Source: an uncultured candidate division Zixibacteria bacterium (lineage in GTDB: Bacteria; Zixibacteria; MSB-5A5; UBA10806; 4484-95). From it: a stretch of 64,000 bases of DNA. The DNA lies in NCBI GenBank assembly GCA_963668625.2, contig CAXXKA010000008.1:416001-480000 (forward strand), in the 5' to 3' direction. Below, piece after piece: positions 1 to 8,223 of the stretch. A program made the translations under genes and the position numbers. The notes under the pieces are model-generated. The model made no database searches. It saw nothing but the letters and a program-made list of their open reading frames with translations, and had not been told where the DNA came from. Numbering within the stretch: position 1 is the first letter of the stretch; each line of letters starts with the position of its first letter.

Positions 1-1957
1 CAGTTCCATAGATGAGATAGTCGCGCGTAACATGATTATCGAAGACCACCCGGATATCGTGGTTGATATCGTTGACGCTTCCAATATCGAACGCAATCTA
101 TATCTCACCACTCAGCTATCCGAATTGGGGCTGCCGCTGATAATCGCATTGAACATGAGCGATTTGGCTCATAAAAACGGTATTAATATCAACCAGAACT
201 ATTTATCATCCCTGCTACGAATACCGGTCGTGGAAACTGTCGGTACCAAGAAAGCCGGCATGGATGAGCTTCTGGATAAAATTATCGATCTCTACGAGAA
301 CGGCACTAAAAAGCCGCCGGCAAAAGTGAAATACGGCAAGGATTTTCAAACCGAAATCTGTAAGCTCTGCGACTTGATTCATAAGGATTACAAAGCCACC
401 AATAGCTATCAAACGAACTGGCTGGCCTTGAAACTTCTGGAGGATGATCCAGAGGTTAAACTCAAACTCAGGAATCATAAATATATTGATGATATCTACA
501 AGCAGACGGCCGAAAGCATTGGCACGCTTGAAAAGCTCTATAACGAGGATCCGGCGGCGGTAATAACAGAAAAACGCTACGGCTTCATATCGGGCGCTTG
601 TTCGGAGGCCACAACTATGGCCCCGGAGCGTCGTCATGATGTCTCTGATTCCATCGATTATCTGCTTATTCACCCGAATCTCGGCTTACCGATATTCGCC
701 GGGCTTATGTGGCTGATGTTTCATCTGACATTCACTCTTGGAGAAAAACCGATGGAGTGGATAGAATGGGGTATAGGGCAGCTCTCGGCAAGCGTGTCAA
801 ATATACTCCCCGAGGGTTTATTCAGCTCCCTGATTGTTGATGGTATAATCGCGGGCGTTGGCGGAGTGGTCGTGTTTCTACCTAATATAATGATACTATT
901 TTTAGCTATCGCCATATTGGAAAGCTCCGGTTATATGTCACGGGCGGCATTCGTGATGGATAGAATCATGCATAAAATCGGTCTTCACGGTAAAAGCTTT
1001 ATCCCCATGATTATCGGGTTTGGCTGTTCGGTACCTGCCTATATGGGGAGCCGCATTATTGATGATCGAACTGATCGCCTGATAACCATGCATGTCACGA
1101 CTTTCATGAGTTGCGGCGCCAGATTGCCCGTTTATATACTCGTTTGCGGCGCTTTCTGGCCAAAACACGCCGGAACAGTAGTATTCGCGATTTACGCCTT
1201 AGGCGTTATCGTAGCTATTTCGATGGTGAAAATCTTGCGCAGTACCCGCTTCAAAGGAATGTCCTCGCCGCTGGTGATGGAGCTGCCTCCGTACCGCGTG
1301 CCTACACTGAGGAGATTGTTCCTGGATATGTGGCAGCGTTCCTGGATGTATCTCCGCAAAGCTGGAACTATCATCCTGGGAATATCTATTATAATGTGGT
1401 TTTTGATGACATTCCCTCAGCGAACAGAGTACAGCGTCAATTACACACAGATGGCCGAGCAGGCAGAGTTAGCTAACAGCAATGGCGAAATTTCTGGTGA
1501 GGAGCTGGCTAAGCTGATTACCAAATACGAAAACGCTATGGCAGCCGAGGAAATGGAGTACAGTTTCGCTGGACGGCTGGGGAAATTCGTCGAGCCGGTG
1601 ATCAAACCGCTAGGTTTCGATTGGCGTCTTGGTATAGCTCTGGTTTCGGGATTTGCTGCTAAAGAGGTGGTTGTCTCAACCATGGGTACGGTTTATGGTA
1701 TCGGTGAGGCGGATGAGGGCTCGGAATCGCTTCGTAGCAGCCTGGCCAATGATCCGGCATATAATAAGTTGATTGCTTTCACTTTTCTGGTTTTCGTGCT
1801 ATTATATATGCCTTGCATGGCTGCAATGGTGGTATTTTTGCGAGAAACGGGCAAATGGAGCGAGTTTTTCTATCAATTACTTTATACCGGCGGTTTAGCC
1901 TATGGCATCTCACTGATAATTTATCAGGGCGGTAAACTGCTAGGGTTTGGAGGATAA
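1..1957 (+). CDS. feoB: Ferrous iron transporter FeoB (5'-truncated by window edge)
   Basis: GTPase G-domain motifs (VDASNIERNLYLT, LNMSD); gate/nucleoside-transporter motifs GFGCSVPA, FMSCGARLPVY, GFAAKEVVVS, LLYMPC; frame open from position 2. Confidence 0.97.
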   Translation, partial: SSIDEIVARNMIIEDHPDIVVDIVDASNIERNLYLTTQLSELGLPLIIALNMSDLAHKNGININQNYLSSLLRIPVVETVGTKKAGMDELLDKIIDLYENGTKKPPAKVKYGKDFQTEICKLCDLIHKDYKATNSYQTNWLALKLLEDDPEVKLKLRNHKYIDDIYKQTAESIGTLEKLYNEDPAAVITEKRYGFISGACSEATTMAPERRHDVSDSIDYLLIHPNLGLPIFAGLMWLMFHLTFTLGEKPMEWIEWGIGQLSASVSNILPEGLFSSLIVDGIIAGVGGVVVFLPNIMILFLAIAILESSGYMSRAAFVMDRIMHKIGLHGKSFIPMIIGFGCSVPAYMGSRIIDDRTDRLITMHVTTFMSCGARLPVYILVCGAFWPKHAGTVVFAIYALGVIVAISMVKILRSTRFKGMSSPLVMELPPYRVPTLRRLFLDMWQRSWMYLRKAGTIILGISIIMWFLMTFPQRTEYSVNYTQMAEQAELANSNGEISGEELAKLITKYENAMAAEEMEYSFAGRLGKFVEPVIKPLGFDWRLGIALVSGFAAKEVVVSTMGTVYGIGEADEGSESLRSSLANDPAYNKLIAFTFLVFVLLYMPCMAAMVVFLRETGKWSEFFYQLLYTGGLAYGISLIIYQGGKLLGFGG

Positions 1958-1958
1958 T

Positions 1959-2150
1959 ATGCTTGAATATATCGTTATTTTTGTGATAGTTGGTATTGCA
2001 GGTTTATTTACTCTAAGGAGGCTCGTTAAAGATGCCAGTGGATCTCATCGTGAGAGCTGCGCGTGTGAATGCAACACACAGTCCAAAGTGCGGGAAATAG
2101 CTGATCTCGCCGACAAAACCAGCAAAAAGCATGTGATAGGCAAAAGCTGA
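1959..2150 (+). CDS. FeoB-associated Cys-rich membrane protein
   Basis: ATG 1959 right after feoB stop, GGAGG upstream; N-terminal TM helix followed by SCACEC. Confidence 0.75.
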   Translation: MLEYIVIFVIVGIAGLFTLRRLVKDASGSHRESCACECNTQSKVREIADLADKTSKKHVIGKS

Positions 2151-2159
2151 GGGAGTATT

Positions 2160-2615
2160 ATGACTGATCAAAAGCAAAGCCCGATAATCGGACAGCTCTC
2201 GGAGAGCCTTGAGGATTATATCGAGATTATATATGAGCTGATCGAAAGCCAGAAAGTTGCCCGGATACGGGATATCGCCAAAGCCAAGCAGGTTAAGATG
2301 TCCTCGGTTGTCAGCGCGCTGAAACGTCTGACCAACGAGGGGCTGGTAAAATACGAGGCGCATGAGTTCGTGGAGCTGACCGAGCCGGGGGTTGACCTGG
2401 CCCAGCGGTTATTACGCCGTCATAAATTCCTCACCAATTTCTTAGTTGATATACTTCGAATAGACCCGAAGATTGCCGAGAACGATGCCTGCCAGATGGA
2501 GCACGCGATCAGCATAGAGACGATGTCACGGATTTACGAGTTCGGCGAGTTCATAAAAGAGCACAGCGATTCATTCGAGGGGCTGGTAGAGCGGTTTAAG
2601 GGGAAATTCAAGTAA
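2160..2615 (+). CDS. DtxR/MntR-family metal-dependent transcriptional regulator
   Basis: SESLEDYIEIIY, HTH, RRHKFL, ACQMEH metal-site motifs; follows feo genes. Confidence 0.93.
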   Translation: MTDQKQSPIIGQLSESLEDYIEIIYELIESQKVARIRDIAKAKQVKMSSVVSALKRLTNEGLVKYEAHEFVELTEPGVDLAQRLLRRHKFLTNFLVDILRIDPKIAENDACQMEHAISIETMSRIYEFGEFIKEHSDSFEGLVERFKGKFK

Positions 2616-2855
2616 CCCGGCAAAAGTAGGTCAAGTCCACTCGGGACTTGATTAACCCGCGTTGATAATAACAAACGCGAATCGCATTAAATCGGTAGAC
2701 AATTATACTCAAGCAGAGCATTATTAAATGATATTACTTAAGGCTTATCAATAAATTGAAAGATCTATAGACATCCTTGTCGTAGAATTGGAAATGTAAT
2801 CAATCAATGAATCGATTACGAAAACCACCTGAAAATAGCAGCAGGAGAAAATAAA

Positions 2856-3460
2856 ATGCAACGTCAACCATTAATGCATGAGCGGGTGTTCGATGATCCA
2901 GAGTTCGCCCGCATGTATGCTAAAAAACATGAAACGATGGGACGCCGTCTGGGTAAGTCCGTAGTCGGGCGCGATCTGGTAGCCCGCGGTTTCGAGGGGG
3001 GCGGATTCTCGATAACGGCTGCGGGCCCGGTTTCATGTTGATCGAGCTGTTGAAACTCTTCCCCGAGTCCGAGGGGATCGGTATCGATTTATCGGAGCCT
3101 CTTCTGAAAGTAGGCGAGCATGTGGCTTACGAGGAGGGGCTGTCGGGGCGCGTGAAATTCGAAACCGCCGATGTCGAGAACCTTCCCTACGAGGACGACT
3201 CATTCGATTGCGTGGTCAGCACCAACATGCTGCATATAGTGGAAAACCCGGTAAAGCAGCTTGATGAGATCGAGCGGGTGCTCAAACCCGATGGTATCAT
3301 GTTTATCGCTGATATCAAGCGCTCGTGGTTTGTCAGCCTGTTCGAGAAAGTCTCGAAAACGGCGTTCACAATGACTGAGGCCGGCGAGATCTTCGCGAAA
3401 TCGAATATACGCGAGGGCAAACTGGGGAATGGTTTTGTGTGGTGGGAGTATAAGGCGTAG
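2856..3460 (+). pseudogene. Class I SAM-dependent methyltransferase split by a frameshift in a G6 run (2996-3001)
   Basis: Adding one G joins ORFs 2856..3041 and 3035..3460 and restores motif I RILDNGCGPG; downstream ADVENLPYEDDSFD and RVLKPDG motifs present. Confidence 0.85.
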
Positions 3461-3898
3461 TCTATAATCAAAAACGTTAAAAAGGTTTTCCAAATTGTGG
3501 GGCTGTTTTTAGTTTTATACCATAATATATAGTATTGTATCGGTTGCTATTTTAAATTTATATTTAAATATTTCTTCTCACTTCAAATGGGAGTTTAATT
3601 TGTCATAGCAATTCAAGATAATTAGTAATTTTTAAAATCTGCTGATTTCGGGATCCAAAGTATTATTAGGTAATGCTATTTTAAACACCACAAATTTCCC
3701 TTTATATGACTTGGGGGTATTAGTGGTATTTTTAACTAACAATTTTAACCAAGTTAGCAATTCTATGTTTATATAAACCATCATGGTATGTACAGTATAT
3801 TATTATGTATGTTGTCAGTACCATATTGCTGGATAATGTTAGTTAAAGTGTGCTTTGTTGTTGTAATTCGTAATATTCAATTTATATGTTCTTTTAGC

Positions 3899-3927
3899 TT
3901 GACATACTGAGTAAGTTTTTATATATT
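3899..3927 (+). promoter_or_regulatory. Sigma70-like promoter
   Basis: TTGACA-17 bp-TATATT upstream of the HTH gene. Confidence 0.5.
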
Positions 3928-4096
3928 AATATTGTATGGCCCTATCGCGGGAGGAAAAAATCAAATTATTTCAAGAAAATCTCTAAGAAGTTAATAAAAT
4001 CGCTATTAGAGCGTGTCCTCTAATATCGCTATTTATTACATCAGATTATATAGGAAGTTTTTAGTTTTTATAAATATTAACAATTAGGGAGGATTT

Positions 4097-4948
4097 ATGT
4101 CGAATTCTAACAAGCCACTGAATTTCTTTGGGGAGCAACTTAAAGATATCAGAATAAAATTAAGCTATACCCAACCAGAACTTGCCAATATTCTAAATGT
4201 TAAAAGACAAACAATATCATCTTGGGAGCAGGGATTAACATCTCCTGATGTAGCAAAATTGTTTGCATTGAAAGAACATGCTGCTTCTGTGGGGCTTAAT
4301 GTTGATTTAGCTGATTTATTTGGCGATACAAAGTTAGATACTGGAGAAACTCCCCTTTCATATTTAATCAAATTCTTTAAGCAATTAGATGATATGGGAT
4401 TAAGAGGAATCTACCATAGTCGAGGCGAGGCCCTTGAATCTTTTCGTTTAGCTTTAGAGCGTGAACATGATTCAATCACGGTTGTGTCCTCATCATTTAC
4501 CGGCGTTCTAAGAGTAGCTAGCGCAAAAATTAGTGAGTTACTAAATAGAAAATCAAAAGAAGTAAGAAGTTTTCGTATTTTAATGACAGAGCCGGAAACA
4601 ATGGGAAGTCTTCGTGAAAAGCAAGAAGGTAGAGCTAAGGGCTCTATAGCTGAGGAAATTAATGAAAATGTAGCAAGACTTATAGAAAATTGGGAGTTAA
4701 ACACAGAAAATATTCGTTTTTATAAAGGCGCTCCAACAGTATTTCTTTTATTTACATCTGAAAGAATGCTCCTTAATCCATATTCTTATCAGACTGAAGC
4801 TTTTAAAACTTTCACGCTGGAAGTTGCTAAAACGGCTTATCTTGATGACATCTACTCACAATACTATGATAACCATTTTTATCGATCTTGGATTGGTAGT
4901 AATAGTATTAGTTACGATGAGTACTTGGAAGATAAAAAGGAAAAATAA
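4097..4948 (+). CDS. XRE-family HTH protein with C-terminal DUF5919/PLD-like domain
   Basis: N-terminal TQPELANILNVKRQTISSWEQG (Cro/CI HTH); C-terminal FRILMTEP...IRFY...MLLNPY...F..SW pattern; GGAGG RBS; AT-rich. Confidence 0.8.
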   Translation: MSNSNKPLNFFGEQLKDIRIKLSYTQPELANILNVKRQTISSWEQGLTSPDVAKLFALKEHAASVGLNVDLADLFGDTKLDTGETPLSYLIKFFKQLDDMGLRGIYHSRGEALESFRLALEREHDSITVVSSSFTGVLRVASAKISELLNRKSKEVRSFRILMTEPETMGSLREKQEGRAKGSIAEEINENVARLIENWELNTENIRFYKGAPTVFLLFTSERMLLNPYSYQTEAFKTFTLEVAKTAYLDDIYSQYYDNHFYRSWIGSNSISYDEYLEDKKEK

Positions 4949-5461
4949 CAAATGACTACCAATAAAAAGAAACGTAATCAAGTAAAAACCTATAAAATTT
5001 AAAATTGTCTTAGAGTAGGTTTGTTTTGGGGATAAACTCCCATTTGTGCTATTTGCGCATTTTTTGAGGCTATCTGAGAAAAAGCAAAACAGTACAGGGA
5101 GAGGAGGTAGTTTTGCTTTACAATATTTTAATAATCTTTCTTATTTGTATAGTATTGTTAAGCGTGATAATTGGGGGCTTAACCGTAAGACTATACGACA
5201 CCAATGCCAATTTCAGGAATCGAGTAAAGAAAGCATTTAGCAAGAAAAAATTTAAATCGATTATTGGTCTCATTAAAGAAATAATTATCACTATAAAGAA
5301 GTACAGGAATAACAAGGATTGGATTATGTAAACAATGTTCACGATGAGACTAGTTAGATATCACACTATATTTTAGGAATGTGTAATTGTCAAACCAAAT
5401 AATTTTGGGTATTTACTTATTTCTATCTCTTTGTTACCAAATTTAATCTACTATAATTACC

Positions 5462-5488
5462 AAAAAAAGGGGCGCGTTGCCGCACCCC
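5462..5488 (-). terminator. Rho-independent terminator (minus strand)
   Basis: GGGGTGCGGCAACGCGCCCC followed by T7 on the minus strand, downstream of the flotillin remnant. Confidence 0.65.
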
Positions 5489-5515
5489 ATCAGAATGTTA
5501 CTATCAATATTCTAA

Positions 5516-5860
5516 TCAGCTTTTGTCACTATCACCGGTTATCTCGGCGTCTGTCATCTCCACGCCTACTTTTTTGAGCACACCCGAGATATCGAAACCA
5601 TTGGCTTTCATCTGCTCGAGTAGCTGGAACAGTACCACCGGGCCGGTTTTCGCCAGACGGTTTAACGCGCCGGAATCACCGTTACCGCCATTGCCGCCGC
5701 TATCGACTACCACCAGCTTATCGATATTACCCAGCGGAGCCGTGATCGCGCTGAACACCGAGCCCAGTGCCTCGATTGTCGGCGGTAATGATTTGACCAT
5801 CTCGAGCGCCAGCGCTTTTTCATTGAAATTGCTGTAAGCATCCGAGATTTTGAGCAAAGC
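5516..5860 (-). pseudogene. C-terminal remnant of a flotillin (FloT/YuaG-like SPFH) gene
   Basis: DAYSNFNEKA..EMVKSLP...AITAPLGNIDKLVVVDSGG matches flotillin C-termini; no SPFH N-terminus upstream. Confidence 0.7.
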
Positions 5861-6038
5861 CTCCGGCCTTAATCCGGAACAGGAGTTCGATTAATATTTC
5901 AACTCCATCGTTGATGATAACTCTCATTCGGCGGGCTGCGGGATAGGTTTCGAGAGGATGATACAGTTTATAATAAAAGCCGATTCGATAAAAGACTGTG
6001 AGTGGTTCCCCAGAAGCCAGAATTTTATAATGCCATGA
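5859..6038 (+). pseudogene. C-terminal remnant of an AsnRS/AspRS-like class II aminoacyl-tRNA synthetase gene
   Basis: Translates ASGLNPEQEFD*YF...SHSAGCGIGFERMIQFIIKADSIKDCEWFPRSQNFIMP*, i.e. class II motif 3 plus the FPR tail; internal TAA at 5892. Confidence 0.65.
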
Positions 6039-6118
6039 GGTGGCACCCCTAAAAGGTTATTCGTTATAGAGCCTAAAATTAACTTCGGGAGGATTTGTGA
6101 GGCGGAATGTACGCCGCC

Positions 6119-6814
6119 TCACCCACCCAGCGCCCGATCCACCGCCGCTTTCGCATGCAGCTCGGTCGTGTTAAACACGGGCACCGAAAAATCCGATTGC
6201 TTCACTATTAACGGTATCTCCGTGCAGCCAAGTATCACACCCTCAGAGCCGGCCTCTATCAGGTGGTTGATAATATCGAGAAATACCCGGCGAGACTCAT
6301 CCCGGAAAATACCGCGCGCCAGTTCGTTGTAAATAATATCGTTTATCGCCTTACGACTATCACGCTCCGGTACTATTATCTCCAGGCCATGCTTATCGGT
6401 AAAGCGCCCCTTGATGAAATCCTCCTCCATCGTGAAACGCGTGCCGGTTAAGCCGACTTTCGTCAGGCCCATCTCCTTGACAGCCGAGGCGGTACAGTCG
6501 GCTATATGGAGTACGCTCAGGCCGGTGACAGATTCGATGCGTTCGGCAAATTGATGCATCGTGTTGGCGCCTATGATAATGAAATCCGCGCCGCCGGCCT
6601 TAAGCGATAGCGCTACGGTTTCCATATAGTCACCGAGTTGGTCCCGGCCAACCTTGTTCTGAATCTTTATCACCTCGGCGAAATCGACCGAATGGATAAG
6701 ACATCTAGCCGAATGCCAGCCCCCCAGGCGCGCTTTGACCTCCTCGTTCAATATCCGGTAATACTCTTTGGTAGACTCCCAGGTAACGCCACCCAACAGG
6801 CCAATCAATTTCAT
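6119..6814 (-). CDS. Aspartate/glutamate racemase family protein (YgeA/RacX-like)
   Basis: MKLIGLLGGVTWESTKEYY, ANTMH, VILGCTEIPL; ATG at 6814 with GGAGG RBS. Confidence 0.93.
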   Translation of the reverse strand: MKLIGLLGGVTWESTKEYYRILNEEVKARLGGWHSARCLIHSVDFAEVIKIQNKVGRDQLGDYMETVALSLKAGGADFIIIGANTMHQFAERIESVTGLSVLHIADCTASAVKEMGLTKVGLTGTRFTMEEDFIKGRFTDKHGLEIIVPERDSRKAINDIIYNELARGIFRDESRRVFLDIINHLIEAGSEGVILGCTEIPLIVKQSDFSVPVFNTTELHAKAAVDRALGG

Positions 6815-7051
6815 ATAATCCTCCGAGGCTAAAAAGCTTATAGATATCAACCCATGTATTATGGCGAATTTCCCATACTATTTCAATCCAAATATCGCCG
6901 GCTAACATCAAGGGCAATAACCGGTTGAAACACTCCCGCCGCGTAACCCGTTGACTGCCAACGAATGTAATATGTGAAACATCGGTGCGCGGTGGCTGGC
7001 ATTCTTGTTGCAATATACCGGACTAAAAACAAACTTTCAGGAGAGGATAAT

Positions 7052-7597
7052 ATGAGTTGTGACAAATGCAACGGCAACAACAAAGAAGTCAATATCAAAG
7101 TCAAAATCGATGGCGAAGATCATGCGATAGCCTGGAACGAGAACCAGGCCCAGGATGCCGGTTTTCACTCGGTATTCGAAAATAAGGATTTCCCGCTCAG
7201 CGACCTTATCGCTACGGTATTGAAAAAGAATCTGCCGGCCAAAGTCGAATCGAAGAATAACCCGAAATGCCCGACTTGCGGTCTGACATTCCTGGAACTT
7301 CTCGAGGTTGGCCGCATCGGTTGCGCCCATTGTTACGCCGCATTCGGCAGCCAAATGGAGATACTTCTGGAGAAAATTCATGGCTCGGCCATGCATGTCG
7401 GTTTCGTACACGAACGCACCGAGACTTTCAAACCGATACGAAACGAAAGCAAACAAGAGGAACAAGCGCCGGAATTAAGCCGCGAGGATAAGTTGAAAAT
7501 GGAACTTGAAGAGGCGATCGAAAACGAGGACTACGAGAAAGCCGCCAGGATTCGCGATCAGCTTAAAGCGATGGAGACTGCCGACCAAACACTATAA
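7052..7597 (+). CDS. mcsA: McsA-like protein (CxxC clusters plus UvrB/UvrC motif)
   Basis: CDKC, CPTCGLTF, GRIGCAHCY, LLEKIHGSAMHVG, EAIENEDYEKAARIRDQL. Confidence 0.8.
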   Translation: MSCDKCNGNNKEVNIKVKIDGEDHAIAWNENQAQDAGFHSVFENKDFPLSDLIATVLKKNLPAKVESKNNPKCPTCGLTFLELLEVGRIGCAHCYAAFGSQMEILLEKIHGSAMHVGFVHERTETFKPIRNESKQEEQAPELSREDKLKMELEEAIENEDYEKAARIRDQLKAMETADQTL

Positions 7598-7831
7598 GGC
7601 CTGCACCTCTTTTTCACTCATGATATTGGCTTTGTGGGCAACGCAATCGGGGTGATCTTTGTTAGCGCATTTAACCACTCCGACCGTGAACGATTTCATC
7701 TTATAAAAGCCTTTTTCGGTTTTCACGGGTTTCACTATTTTGGTGAAATTGATCGCGTTCCCGCAGGCCGGGCACACCGCCACATGTTTTTTCTTCGAGG
7801 CCTTGTCGGCAAAGCTTTGTTTTTTCGCCAT
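7592..7831 (-). CDS. Small basic protein, DUF4295/bL38-like with putative Zn ligands
   Basis: GGAGG RBS; MAKK start, KIVKPVKTEKGFYK and IMSEKEV segments resemble Bacteroidota DUF4295; CPAC plus two further Cys. Confidence 0.6.
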   Translation of the reverse strand: MAKKQSFADKASKKKHVAVCPACGNAINFTKIVKPVKTEKGFYKMKSFTVGVVKCANKDHPDCVAHKANIMSEKEVQAL

Positions 7832-8223
7832 GGGATACCTCCCTGTTTATTAATGCCTCATGACCGGCGCGTTACACGCCAATCACATAAACTATAGCTG
7901 CTTTTAAAAATCTTATAATGCGTACACCTGTGATGCGATTTATTAAGCATAAGTTAAATAAATACGGCTGATTTGTAAAGGGAAAACATAGACAAAATCT
8001 TCTTCTCATCCCTCTGATACAAAAATAAAGGATGATTTTATATATTAATATTTGACTAAAGTGTTAATGCGTGATATAAGTTATATTTAAAGAGGCTGTT
8101 TAAGTTGTTTGTAAATCTGAGGGAGGTGATGCAATGACTTAACAAGGTATTTTCTGATGTTTTGGTCAATCTAATTTATTACGCGTTTTAAATTAACTAT
8201 CAGGGGCTTCCAAAGGAGAGGAT

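Noticed and set aside
5046-5342. Small ORFs 5046..5240, 5113..5331 and 5118..5342
   Set aside because: Low-complexity AT-rich frames; 5113..5331 has an RBS and a TM-like stretch but insufficient support to call
5854-5869. GCAAAGCCTCCGGCCT resembles part of a c-di-GMP-I riboswitch
   Set aside because: The GGCAAAC...GAAA tetraloop stem is absent upstream; the sequence is explained by the junction of two gene remnants
6850-7050. Possible structured RNA in the racemase-mcsA divergent spacer
   Set aside because: Some pairing potential but no recognisable riboswitch or CtsR-repeat consensus
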